From: Eledone cirrhosa
Lineage: Eukaryota
DNA: 64,000 nt
Assembly: GCA_964016885.1 (NCBI GenBank)
Contig: OZ024765.1
Span: 11,036,001 to 11,100,000 of the forward strand
Reading direction: 5' to 3'
Shown here: in pieces, positions 52,701 to 64,000 of the stretch
Layout: every line of letters begins with the position of its first letter
Numbering within the stretch: position 1 is the first letter of the stretch
Translations under genes and position numbers: made by a program
Notes under the pieces: model-generated
What the model saw: the letters and a program-made list of their open reading frames with translations, nothing else
What the model was told of the DNA's origin: nothing
Databases searched by the model: none

Positions 52701-53694
52701 ATAAATATGGTTTTATAAATATAGTTTCCATTTATTAATATATTGTATATATATATATATGCACTATATTATTAACTATCTGAATTCTGATCCTTTGAAA
52801 TATCACCCCAATTTCTTCTATAGTAATTCAAGCCCTAAGACTAAACTAGAACTTTATTTATCAACCTTGTAAAGATTAAAAGGGCAAATCTAACCTTGTG
52901 GGATTCGAGCCCAAAGAAAGAGAGAGAACTGAAACAAACTCCAAAGTATTTAATCTGATGCTCTACAAACTCTACCAATCCACTGCATATAAAAAAAATA
53001 TTCCAATAAAAAGCAGAGGAAAACAAACAAATATATCTTTCTCACCGATACCACCATACTTTCTCTACCACACTTCGCCATTCTTCTAAATATTTCACAC
53101 TAGCAAATAATCTTGTATAATTTTTACACTTTAATTCAATTTAATTTTGTTTCCACTTTTTATAATTTAACACTATTTGTTCTAACTTCTGTCTTGCTTC
53201 TTTTAAAATTGTTATCATTATTTTTTTTTTATTTTTATTATTATTTTTATTACTATTATTATTATTATTATTATTATTGTTGTTATTTTTTTGTCATCAA
53301 TGGTTTCATACAAGTTTTCACTGATTCTCCTCATCATCATCAACATTATTATCATCATCATCATCATCAACATTATCATCTTAGTCATCAGTATCATCAC
53401 CACCACCATCATTAACATGATCCTTATCATCACCACCATCATTACAATCATCATCATCATTAGCATGATCCTTATCATCACCACCATCATTACAATCATC
53501 ATCATCATCATTAACATGATCCTTATCATCACCACCATCATTACCATCATCATCAACATTATTATTAGTACAATTTAAGTTAAAGACTGTAGAAACATCA
53601 TTTCATTTTTTCTTCTACTACTACTACCAAAACTACTACTACTACTACTACTATTACCAAAACTACTACTACTACTACTACTACTATTACCAAA

Positions 53695-53725
<31 letters not shown>

Positions 53726-54011
53726 AAACTACTACTACTACCACCAAAACTACTACCACCACCAAAACTACTACTACCACCACCAAAACTACTACCACCA
53801 CCAAAACTACTACTACCACCACCAAAACTACTACTACCACCACCAAAACTACTACTACTACCACCAAAACTACTACCACCACCAAAACTACTACTACTGA
53901 CGTTAAGTTTAAAAGAAGAATATAGAATGTCTATAGAAATGAATTAAAAAAAATATAAATTCATCATTATTATTATTATTAATATAATCGTTACTATTAC
54001 CACCACCACAT

Positions 54012-54043
<32 letters not shown>

Positions 54044-54429
54044 AGATTAAATAAAAAAATTGGAAAATCTTTATCATCAACATCATCATCAACACGGCAA
54101 TCACCACCACCACCACTACATACATATACTACCACCACCACCACTACATACACTACCACCACCTTCACCACTACATACATACACCAACACCACCACTACA
54201 TACATTCACCACCACCACCATTACATACATATACTATCACCACCACCACCACCTTCACCACTACATACATACACCACCACCACCACCACCATTACATACA
54301 TATACTACCACCACCACCACCACCACCACCACCTTCACCACTACATACATACACCACCACCACCACCACCACCACCACCTTCACCACTACATACATACAC
54401 CACCACCACCACCACCACCACCACTACTT

Positions 54430-55470
54430 TGAATCCCTAACTTCATAGGCCGTGCCCAAATTTCTACCATCACAAATACTGCTAGAATCCTACGCAATTT
54501 AGTGGGCCCCTGGCATCAGGGACTGATCTATGTCCAATTAACACACTTCACCTAGCAACCGATTGCTAGAGAAACCCTAAATGCCTTACGTCTTTCATAA
54601 AAAATCTTGGGATGCCTGATTTCAGAGGCAATGTCCAAATTTCTGCCATCGCTAATACTGCCAGAATCCTACATGATATACTGAGCCTCTGAGGTCTGCG
54701 ACTGATCTGAATTCAATTAAAACACTTCACCTAGCAACTGAATTCTAGAGAAATCTTACAAAAGGACAAAAAGCCTTTCATAAAAAAATCTTGGAATCCC
54801 TGACTTCGCAACAGAGCCCACGTTTCCACCACCACAAATACTGCCAGAATTCTACGTGATTTAGTGAGCCTCTGAGAGCAGTGACTGATCTATGTCCAAT
54901 TGACACACTTCACCTAGCAAGTGATTATTAGAGAAACCCTAAATGTCTTACGTCTTACATAAAAAAATCTTGGAATCCCTGACTTCGCAACAGAGCCCAC
55001 GTTTCCACCACCACAAATACTGCCAGAATTCTACGTGATTTAGTCAGCCTCTGAGGTCAGTGACTGATCTATGTCCAATTGACACACTTCACCTAGCAAG
55101 TGATTACTAGAGAAACCCCAAATGTCTTACGTCTTACATAAAAAATCTTGGAATCCCTGACTTCGCAACAGAGCCCACGTTTCCACCACCACAAATACTG
55201 CCAGAATTCTACGTGATTTAGTCAGCCTCTGAGAGAAGTGACTGATCTATGTCCAATTGACACACTTCACCTAGCAAGTGATTACTAGAGAAACCCTAAA
55301 TGTCTTACATCTTACATAATAAATCTTGGGATCCCTGACTTCAGAGCAGTGCCCAAATTCTTACCATCATTAATACTGCCAGAATTCTGGATGATACATT
55401 GAATTGCTGAGATCAGGGGCTGATCTGAGGCCAATTAAAACAGTTCACCTAGTAACTGATTGCTAAAGAA
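54430..55470 (+). repeat. ~179-bp tandem repeat, ~6 copies, from an R4/Dong-like LINE 3' end
   Basis: The unit at 54606 reads LGMPDFRGNVQISAIANTARILHDILSL*; spacing 54789, 54968, 55146. Confidence 0.85.
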
Positions 55471-55647
55471 ACCTTACAAAAGAACAAAAATAAAAAATAA
55501 AAACAATAAGAAAGAGAAATGATTATTATTTCTTTTTCTGTTAAACTTCTCTTTGTTCCAAATATTTGCAACAGTGAAATAATTTTCTGTAAATCTCTTA
55601 TCTTTGTCATATGTTCCAATGTTTCAGTAAGAAACATTTTTTACTTG

Positions 55648-55743
<96 letters not shown>

Positions 55744-55785
55744 ATATACATACATATATACTTATATATATATATATATATATAT

Positions 55786-55847
<62 letters not shown>

Positions 55848-56160
55848 GTATGTATATATACATACATATATACTTATATATACTTATATATATATATACA
55901 TACATATATACTTATATCTATATACTATTTATTGTTTTCTTCATTGTTTTAGTTACTGTTGTTGTTTAGTATTTCATTTTGCATGTTTTGTTTGATATAT
56001 TTTATACATATTTTATATTAAATTATATATCATTTTTTGTTATTCTTGTTGTTGTTGTAGGTATTATGGTTGTTGTATTAGTGTCTTTTGTTGCTTGTTT
56101 TTTTCTTTGTTATATATAATTTGTTTATATTTGATATTTTATTATATGTATATATATATA

Positions 56161-56212
<52 letters not shown>

Positions 56213-56457
56213 TATATAATTTTTTTCCTTGGTGCTAATGAAGATGTCAAAATGAGGTAAGTTTAGTCATGTGTACATATGTGCATGCGTATGCAGGCAC
56301 ATGTTCATGTGTGTGCAGGCATTTGTATGTGTATGGCTGTGCATATGTTATATGTGTATAAGTCGATGTTTACATTTTTCTCGGTGCAATACTTTCTTAT
56401 ATATATATATATAAATATATTTAATATAGAAATGGCTTCTACAGGACTAGAACTGTT

Positions 56458-56858
56458 TCATCATCATCATCATCATCATCATCATTTTACGTCTTCTTTT
56501 CCCTGCTTGCAAGGGTGGGACGGGAACTGATTCTGGCTTGATCTCTACAGCTGGATGCCCTTCTTAACACCAACCTCATTTACAGTGAGTGCTGGGTGCT
56601 TTTTTTCCGTGGCGCCTACACGTCCACTTTACAGTGTGGGTTGGGTGCTTTTTTGTCGTGGCACCTCCACGACCACTTTGCAGTTTCCCGTGGGCTTTCC
56701 AATTGCTAATACTATCTATCGGTTGCAACTCCAGGTAGAAGAAGCAAGTGAAATAAAGTGTCTTGCTCAAGAGCATAACGCATCGCCTGGTCCGGGAATC
56801 GAACTCACAACCTCACGATTGCGAGTCCAATTCTCTAACCACTCAGCCACACGCCTTC
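56458..56858 (-). mobile_element. SINE family A variant (different tRNA head, same tail)
   Basis: Head GAAGGCGTGTGGCTGAGTGG...GTTCGATTCC. Confidence 0.85.
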
Positions 56859-57257
56859 ACTTATACATATATATATATATACACATACATAATAAAATAA
56901 AACAAGGTCTAGTGGTTACTCCTTCGTTACGTTTATTGGTTGGTGATGAGCGTTTCGTTACTGATCAGCTCAAAACCTGCCAGATAGTCCGATATGAGCG
57001 AGACACGGTCACCCAACCAACCTTGCCTCAAGTGGTACAACTCCCGTCTAACCCATGCTAGCATGGAAGATGGACGTTAAACGAAGATGATGATGATGAG
57101 ATGATGATATATATACATACACACATATAAATATACATATATATATATACACACACACATACCCTTGCAAGCAGGGAAAAAGTGGACGTAAAATGAAATG
57201 AAAAATGAAATGAAAATATGTATATATACACATGCACATATATATATATATATATAT

Positions 57258-57636
57258 CAGTGGCGAAGGGTAATCTGGAAAGCAGGGCATGCAGTCCAAT
57301 CGCCATGGCAGAAAGTGGGGCTGTGCAGTCCTACCCCCCCCCTCCAATTCCCTCTAAATGAACCTCCCGGTCAAAGCTGCATGTAGTGTTATCTGGTGTG
57401 TGTGTGTTATCTTTTTATGTGTCTACAATTTAGTAAGCAGTGAAAATTCTGCTTGCCCGAAAGCTCTCATGTGTTTGTGTGTATGTGTGTGCATGTGTGT
57501 GTGTGTGTTATCTTTTTCTGTGTCTGTCTTTAGTAAGCGGCAAAAATTCTGCTTGCTTCAACCGATGCAATTGATCAACTCAAGATTCTATAACACATGC
57601 ACTGCATGCGTTGCATGCAGAGACCCTTCGCCCCTG
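57258..57636. mobile_element. hAT-like MITE
   Basis: TIRs CAGTGGCGAAGGG / CCCTTCGCCCCTG; inserted in (TA)n. Confidence 0.65.
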
Positions 57637-57643
57637 ATATATT

Positions 57644-57675
<32 letters not shown>

Positions 57676-57871
57676 AATATACTTGAAAACTGATAAGGAC
57701 TTTCTGGTAGTTTCTTTACTTTAATGATCAGATCAGAGTAAGACATCTGATCATTAAAGAATAACAACCACCAGAAAAGATATTCTTATCGGTTTTCAAG
57801 TATATTTCACACTTACCATGGAGTTTTTTTCATTTGCACGAAGCACACACACTATATATATATATATATAC

Positions 57872-57921
<50 letters not shown>

Positions 57922-57936
57922 GCATATATATATACA

Positions 57937-57997
<61 letters not shown>

Positions 57998-58602
57998 AGA
58001 AAGTGAGGTTTTTTTTACAAAATGAAAAATAACCGAGGTGTCCTACACAAGTGAAATATAAAGAAAAAAAAGATGAAATCGAAAATGCAACTGGAGTCTT
58101 ATCTTTTACTTGTCATAAAATTCTCTAAAAAGGCTACAGAATAGATTTCCAAATAAGGGCGCGGAAATTTAATGAAAACTTGTTCACGTGACAGCCATAA
58201 TTTCATTTATAACCAATCAAATTACGTTTATTAAAAAAAAGCCTTCGTGAGCCCCCTTTTTTTTAAGTAAAAAGAAATTCAAATATGAAAAAAACAACCT
58301 GTGACACCCCCCTACCCCTCTTTGAAGAACTTTGTAACGCGAACTGGCGCGAAATTTATTATAATTATTGACCAACCAATCAAATTACTTCTCGAAAAAC
58401 CTGGCATTTCGAGCCACTTTTTCCATATAAAAGAAGTAACATTCAGAGACCAACCAGATGTGAGAAAAACCACAGACCCTCCATCTCAACTCTACTTTTG
58501 AAAAGCAGAAGAACTGCGAAACCGGTAATGGAACCAAATAAATATATATATATATACAGGCATATATATATATATATATGTATGTATATATATATATGTA
58601 AA

Positions 58603-58636
<34 letters not shown>

Positions 58637-58803
58637 GATAGATAGATAAATATACACGGGTGTGTATGATTGTGTATAGAAGATTATATTAATAAGAGGA
58701 ATTCCAACTTTGTCTGATTTACTCGTTTTATTTACAATCCTTTTAATTTATAATGGTATTATAATGAAATAGTATGATAGAATATTAAATTCTAAGTGTT
58801 AAT

Positions 58804-58842
58804 TGAACAAGTACTTTCATGCTTTCGCAATCTTCAGGTTCA
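58804..58842 (-). ncRNA. Minimal type I hammerhead ribozyme
   Basis: TGAAC-CTGAAGA-T-TGC(GAAA)GCA-T-GAAA-GTA-CTT-GTTCA. 5-bp stem I, palindromic AGTACT stem III, CUU site. Confidence 0.8.
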
Positions 58843-58960
58843 TAATATGTGGTGACAGTCAAGTTTGCAATTTTCAACTGTCTGTATATATATATATATA
58901 CACGCACACACATATATAAATATTTATATATATATAAGTATATATATATATGTAAATGTA

Positions 58961-59005
<45 letters not shown>

Positions 59006-59194
59006 ATATATATATATATATATATACACGCACACACATATATAAATATTTATATATATATAAGTATATATATATATATATTTATATATATATAAATATA
59101 TATATGTATGTAAAAGATAAACAGAAATAACGCAATCGGTACAGTATATGGAAGGTATATATTAAGTTAACGCTTGATATAGCAGGAAGAGAGT

Positions 59195-59229
59195 CTAAAC
59201 GTTTCGGACGCTAGTCCTTCATCAGAATA
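59195..59229 (-). ncRNA. Minimal hammerhead ribozyme, homolog of 19810-19845
   Basis: CTGATGA-A-GGAC(TAGC)GTCC-GAAAC-GTT. Stem I weakened. Confidence 0.7.
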
Positions 59230-59322
59230 AAGAATGATAAATAAAATAGATTGAGGGGGCGGGTGGGATGGAATTGGAGAAAATGTCTTTAGATAAAAAT
59301 AACAGGTCCATTCATGTTGACA

Positions 59323-59411
<89 letters not shown>

Positions 59412-60591
59412 AATATATATAAATATATATATATATATAAAAATATATATATATATAAATATATATACATATAAAAATATATATATATAAATATATATAC
59501 ATATCAATATAAAAAACATGAGAAGAAAGAAGAATACTGCGTGGTTTGCACATGGGTTACATATGATAAAAATAGTCCTTCGTCAGTGATTTTCCAACCA
59601 TCATTGGTATTTCATCGCATTAATATATAAACATATATACATATCAATATATATACATATCAATATATATATATATCAATATATATACATGTCAATATAT
59701 ATATATATATATATACACATGTCAATATATATATATATATACACATATATAAATATATACATAAATATATATATATATATATAAATAAATATATATATAT
59801 ATACATAAATAAATATATATATATATATATACATAAATAACTACATACATAAATATATATATATATAGAGAGAGATTTTGAGTATATGTTGGTTGTATAC
59901 CAACACCTCAGTATGCAAGCTGGAGCACTCGACGAAGTTCGCAGGTTGGTTTGGTTACTCTGGAGTAATGTAAAATAAAGTTAAATAAAAAGTCAAATGT
60001 TTAAAATTTAAACGAAGCTAAATTTTAAACATTTGACTTTTTATTTAACTTTATTTTATATATATATATACTCTGTAGTGCTCTTTGCCTCATATATATC
60101 TACTTGTGCTATATGGTCCTCCAATCATATTCCCCCAAAAGTCATATTGACAAGAAACCTTAATTCTTCACATGCAACATTGCACTTTTTTTGGAGTTGA
60201 TGAACCAAAACTGAAGTTTCTGGCAGCAAGAGATAAGATTGTTATTAAACTGGGAAACAGCTTTGACAGGTGTGACAATATGGTGGTGGTGGTGGGGATG
60301 TTGGTGATGGTGACTGTCGTGGTGGTGGGGTTGGTGGTGGTGGGGTGTGACTGTGGTGGGGCTGGTGGTGGTGGTGGGGTTGGTGGTGGTGGTGAGGTTG
60401 GTGGTGGTGATGGTGGCGTTGGTGGTGGTGGTGGGGTTGTTGGGGCTGGTGGTAGAGGTGATGGTGATGGTGGCAGTGATGGTTGTGGGTTGTGGTGGTG
60501 GAAATACAGCATTCTGACAACTGTCAGCCAGGAAATATGTATCAGAGCTTTATTAACAAAGGACTCTTTAACATCTACACCAAACTTTACA

Positions 60592-60675
<84 letters not shown>

Positions 60676-61625
60676 TAAACCACATGTCTGTGGCGACATT
60701 TAAAGCTACAACATACCCGCTCAGGCTAAGAACGAAAGACTTGCTGAAGAAATAAATCCTATGTTCTGTCGTCAAAAACCATTATATTGCAGACTCCTGC
60801 AATAGGAATTTCTCGATCTTGGATTTGCAGGAACTTAGCGCTGATGTTGGATGCGATATGTGATCTATATTGTGTGATATACGATGTAAGTTATATATTT
60901 TGCACTCAGCCTCACCGCTATGTCCGAGTCAGTATAAAATCTTTTCCTGGGTCCTGTATTTTCGTTGCTCTAGTGATGCGGCTGGATGGCCGACCGCTAT
61001 ATCTGATTTGCTAAGCTGTCTGAACGTAATGTTATTACTCTGGGGTCTTTCCTCATCTGAGTGCTCAAGCTACAGACCGATTATGCATATACGCTAACTT
61101 GGCCATATTCTAAAGCTTCGTCAATGCTGTACTAAAATTTATATATATATATATATAGTTATGTAATAAACAACATAAGGCAATTATTCCATTTACCAGT
61201 GGTTTCTTAAAAGCAAAAAATTTTGCTTTCAATCATCAGAATGAAAAAATCCTGGTCTATTTATTGAATTGGATTCTTAAAAAAACCCACATAACTATTA
61301 AGCTCTGTTACCTACATAGAGCACTCTTTTTTCCTGGACTTTTCCGACGGAATTACTTCATTCACACATATATATATACATATATATATATACATATATA
61401 CAAAGATCGGAATTAAGAGTATTCCGCAGTTCACAGTAATAATAACAATATTAGCTCAAAGAAGAATAGAGAATTTTCTTCTGAGCTCAAATGCAAATAT
61501 ATTACACAAAGAGAAGTGTGTTACACAGTGAGGTGTGTGTAAAGAATTATTACAAGTGAATTTTACCGATACAGTAACGGTAAAAATCACTTGTAATAAT
61601 TCTTTACACACATCTTTTTGTGTAT

Positions 61626-61963
61626 ATCATCATCATTTCATTTTACGTCCGCTTTTCCCTGCTTGCAAGGGTGGGACGGGAACTGATACTGGCTTGATTT
61701 CTACAGCTGGATGCCCTTCCTAACACCAACCTCATTTACAGTGAGTAGTGGGTGGTTTTTTTCCATGGCACCTACACGACCACTTTGCAGTGGAATGATA
61801 AGGACCTCAGTCCCTAGCATCTCATTTCTACAGCTGAGTAAACTGGAGCAATGTGAAATAAAGTGTCTTGCTCAAGGAAACAACACACCACCCGGTCTGA
61901 GAATTGAACTCACAACCTTTCGATTGCAAGGCCAATGCTCTAACCACTAAGCCATGTGCCTCC
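61626..61963 (-). mobile_element. SINE family A, full length
   Basis: Matches 13331-13677. Confidence 0.9.
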
Positions 61964-62286
61964 ATATATATATATATATATGTATATATACAGCAGAGCT
62001 AGTACTATATATACAAAGGCTCAAAGAAAAATAGAGAATTATCTATGATAGTATATAATTGCGACATCTTTTCAGCTGTATTTTTTACAAGTTGTATTTC
62101 ACATAGATTCTCACTCTTTTAAAACATTTTATTGTTCCCATTGAACATATAATTATGTCTATATATCAATACCTGTAAGTAAATATTGAATATGATTTCA
62201 AATAATTGGATCTACAACTCCCTTGAAACATGTGCAAGGAAATAAATATGATTTAAAAGATAATTTTTTTCATCTATACACTTATT

Positions 62287-62353
<67 letters not shown>

Positions 62354-62390
62354 CATCATCATGCTAGCATGGAAGATGGACGTTAAACGA

Positions 62391-62473
<83 letters not shown>

Positions 62474-62604
62474 CAAGAAAGTAAGTGTTGGTAAAATCCA
62501 GTACTTCAGTATGCGAATAGGGAGCACTCAACGCAGATATAAGTTCCGGAGTTATAATAGTGACGAAACATAAGTCAATTGCATGAACTCATAATCCTTT
62601 ATTT

Positions 62605-62660
62605 ACTGCTATATATATTTCGCTGATAGCCATTGAATGGCTATGACCTCATCAGGCAGT
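62605..62660 (-). ncRNA. Type I hammerhead ribozyme
   Basis: ACTGC-CTGATGA-GGTCATAGCCAT...ATGGCTATCAGC-GAAA-TATAT-ATA-GCAGT. Confidence 0.8.
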
Positions 62661-62719
62661 TAGTCAGTTCTTAGATATGCCAGCTCTGTGTGTATAGTGT
62701 TGATGGTATCAGAGCCTTG

Positions 62720-62771
<52 letters not shown>

Positions 62772-62819
62772 CCCAAGGCCCTGATACCATCAATACTATA
62801 CACACAGAGCTGGCATATA

Positions 62820-62986
62820 TAGGAAAATGTTTGACTCCGAGGGCTATTTCTGGGCAGAAATAGCCATCGAAATGGCTTCAGCTCTGCTGTCGGGGTTAAA
62901 TATTTTCCTATTACCCACTCTACTACCCTAAGTATTGAGTACTCTGGTGTGTTATGGTCCATTTGGTTCCTTACCACACTTCCTTC

Positions 62987-62990
<4 letters not shown>
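62820..62990. mobile_element. Family C element
   Basis: Matches 40230-40383; another copy at 51896-52029. Confidence 0.7.
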
Positions 62991-63023
<33 letters not shown>

Positions 63024-63054
63024 TTTATATATATATATATAACTTATATATATA

Positions 63055-63670
63055 TACCTTCTCTCCAAGACAATGTCACTGGACCGAGACCTCTGGCGGT
63101 ACTCAGTAATAGAGAAGACCCGCCTTACCTAAATACAAAGTAAAACCTACTACAGTCAGTAGGCACCTCTAACAAAATACACCCCTGTCTCACTACCCCC
63201 ACCCCATCCACATCGCCCCTTTCAATGTAAAGTTATGTTGGTGGCACAACATCCAGGCCGAAACAAATGAGGTCGTGTAGGTGTCACAACAAAAAAACAC
63301 ACAGTCCACGCTGTAATGTGGCCGTGTAGGTAATACGGTAAAAACCTCCCAGTCCCACATTGTAAATGTGGTTGGTGTTGGGAAGGGCATCCAGCCGTAG
63401 AAAACCCGCCAGACGTGTAGGTGTCACGACAAAAAAACACACAGTCCACACTGTAATGTGGCCGTGTAGGCAACACGGTAAAAACCTCCCAGACCCACAC
63501 TGTAAATGTGGTTGGTGTTAGGAAGGGCATCCAGCTGTAGAAAACCCGCCAGACAGTCCTATACGAGCAAGACAACCACTCTTGCCTCAAGTGGGATAAC
63601 TCCCGTCCAAACCCATGCAAGCGTGGAACATGGACGTTAAACGATGATGATGATGATGATGATGATGATG
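63055..63670 (+). mobile_element. RTE LINE 3' end with 140-bp internal duplication and (GAT)n tail
   Basis: DRDLWRYSVIEKTRL, then UTR; duplication starts at 63274 and 63414. Confidence 0.8.
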
Positions 63671-63716
63671 ATATATATACCTTATATATCATCATCATCA
63701 TCATTGTTTAACGTCT

Positions 63717-63753
<37 letters not shown>

Positions 63754-64000
63754 ACCTTTGCATCAATCACCTCCATCTTGGACTCACAACAGACTTCAAG
63801 GAATTGCTTTAAGACAGGTTTTGTGAAGACAATCCCTGCTGTTCTACAGAACATTACAAAGTCTTTCACTCAACATGTCTCTGTTTCAGGTTTTAAAGTT
63901 AGTAATTTTCCCTGTAAGACTTCCGAGTGTGGTAAGACAGAACCTTCAGACATTTTTACTGAATAATCATCATCATCACCGTCACCACCACCACCACAAA

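Noticed and set aside
60081-61130. Non-repetitive stretches as coding sequence
   Set aside because: Multiple stops and no recognisable motif.
63755-63960. Possible minus-strand exon ending AAG|gtagat
   Set aside because: In-frame stop and no resemblance to the synaptotagmin N-terminus.

Overview
AT-rich, repeat-dominated eukaryotic DNA, probably from an octopod or other coleoid cephalopod (inferred from the SINE types and the abundant (TA)n tracts). The only host gene I can support is a synaptotagmin-7-like gene on the minus strand. Two phase-compatible exons (27349-26980 and 13065-12896) encode its C2A domain across a 13.9-kb intron; I found no N-terminal or C2B exons in the window. The rest consists of tRNA-derived SINEs, RTE/CR1/R4-Dong/Tx1-like LINE fragments, Helitron, piggyBac-, Tc1/pogo- and hAT-like MITEs, microsatellites and many minisatellites. 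The main hidden signal is more than a dozen type I hammerhead-ribozyme motifs from about 7 sequence families. They sit in Penelope-like element remnants and short (TA)n-flanked elements, often as long inverted repeats, including a perfect 400-bp palindrome with two back-to-back hammerheads that have a ~105-nt stem II domain. A second pattern is that many minisatellites are tandem amplifications of an internal piece of a TE. All calls were made by eye, with no database searches or folding software, so TE boundaries are approximate.
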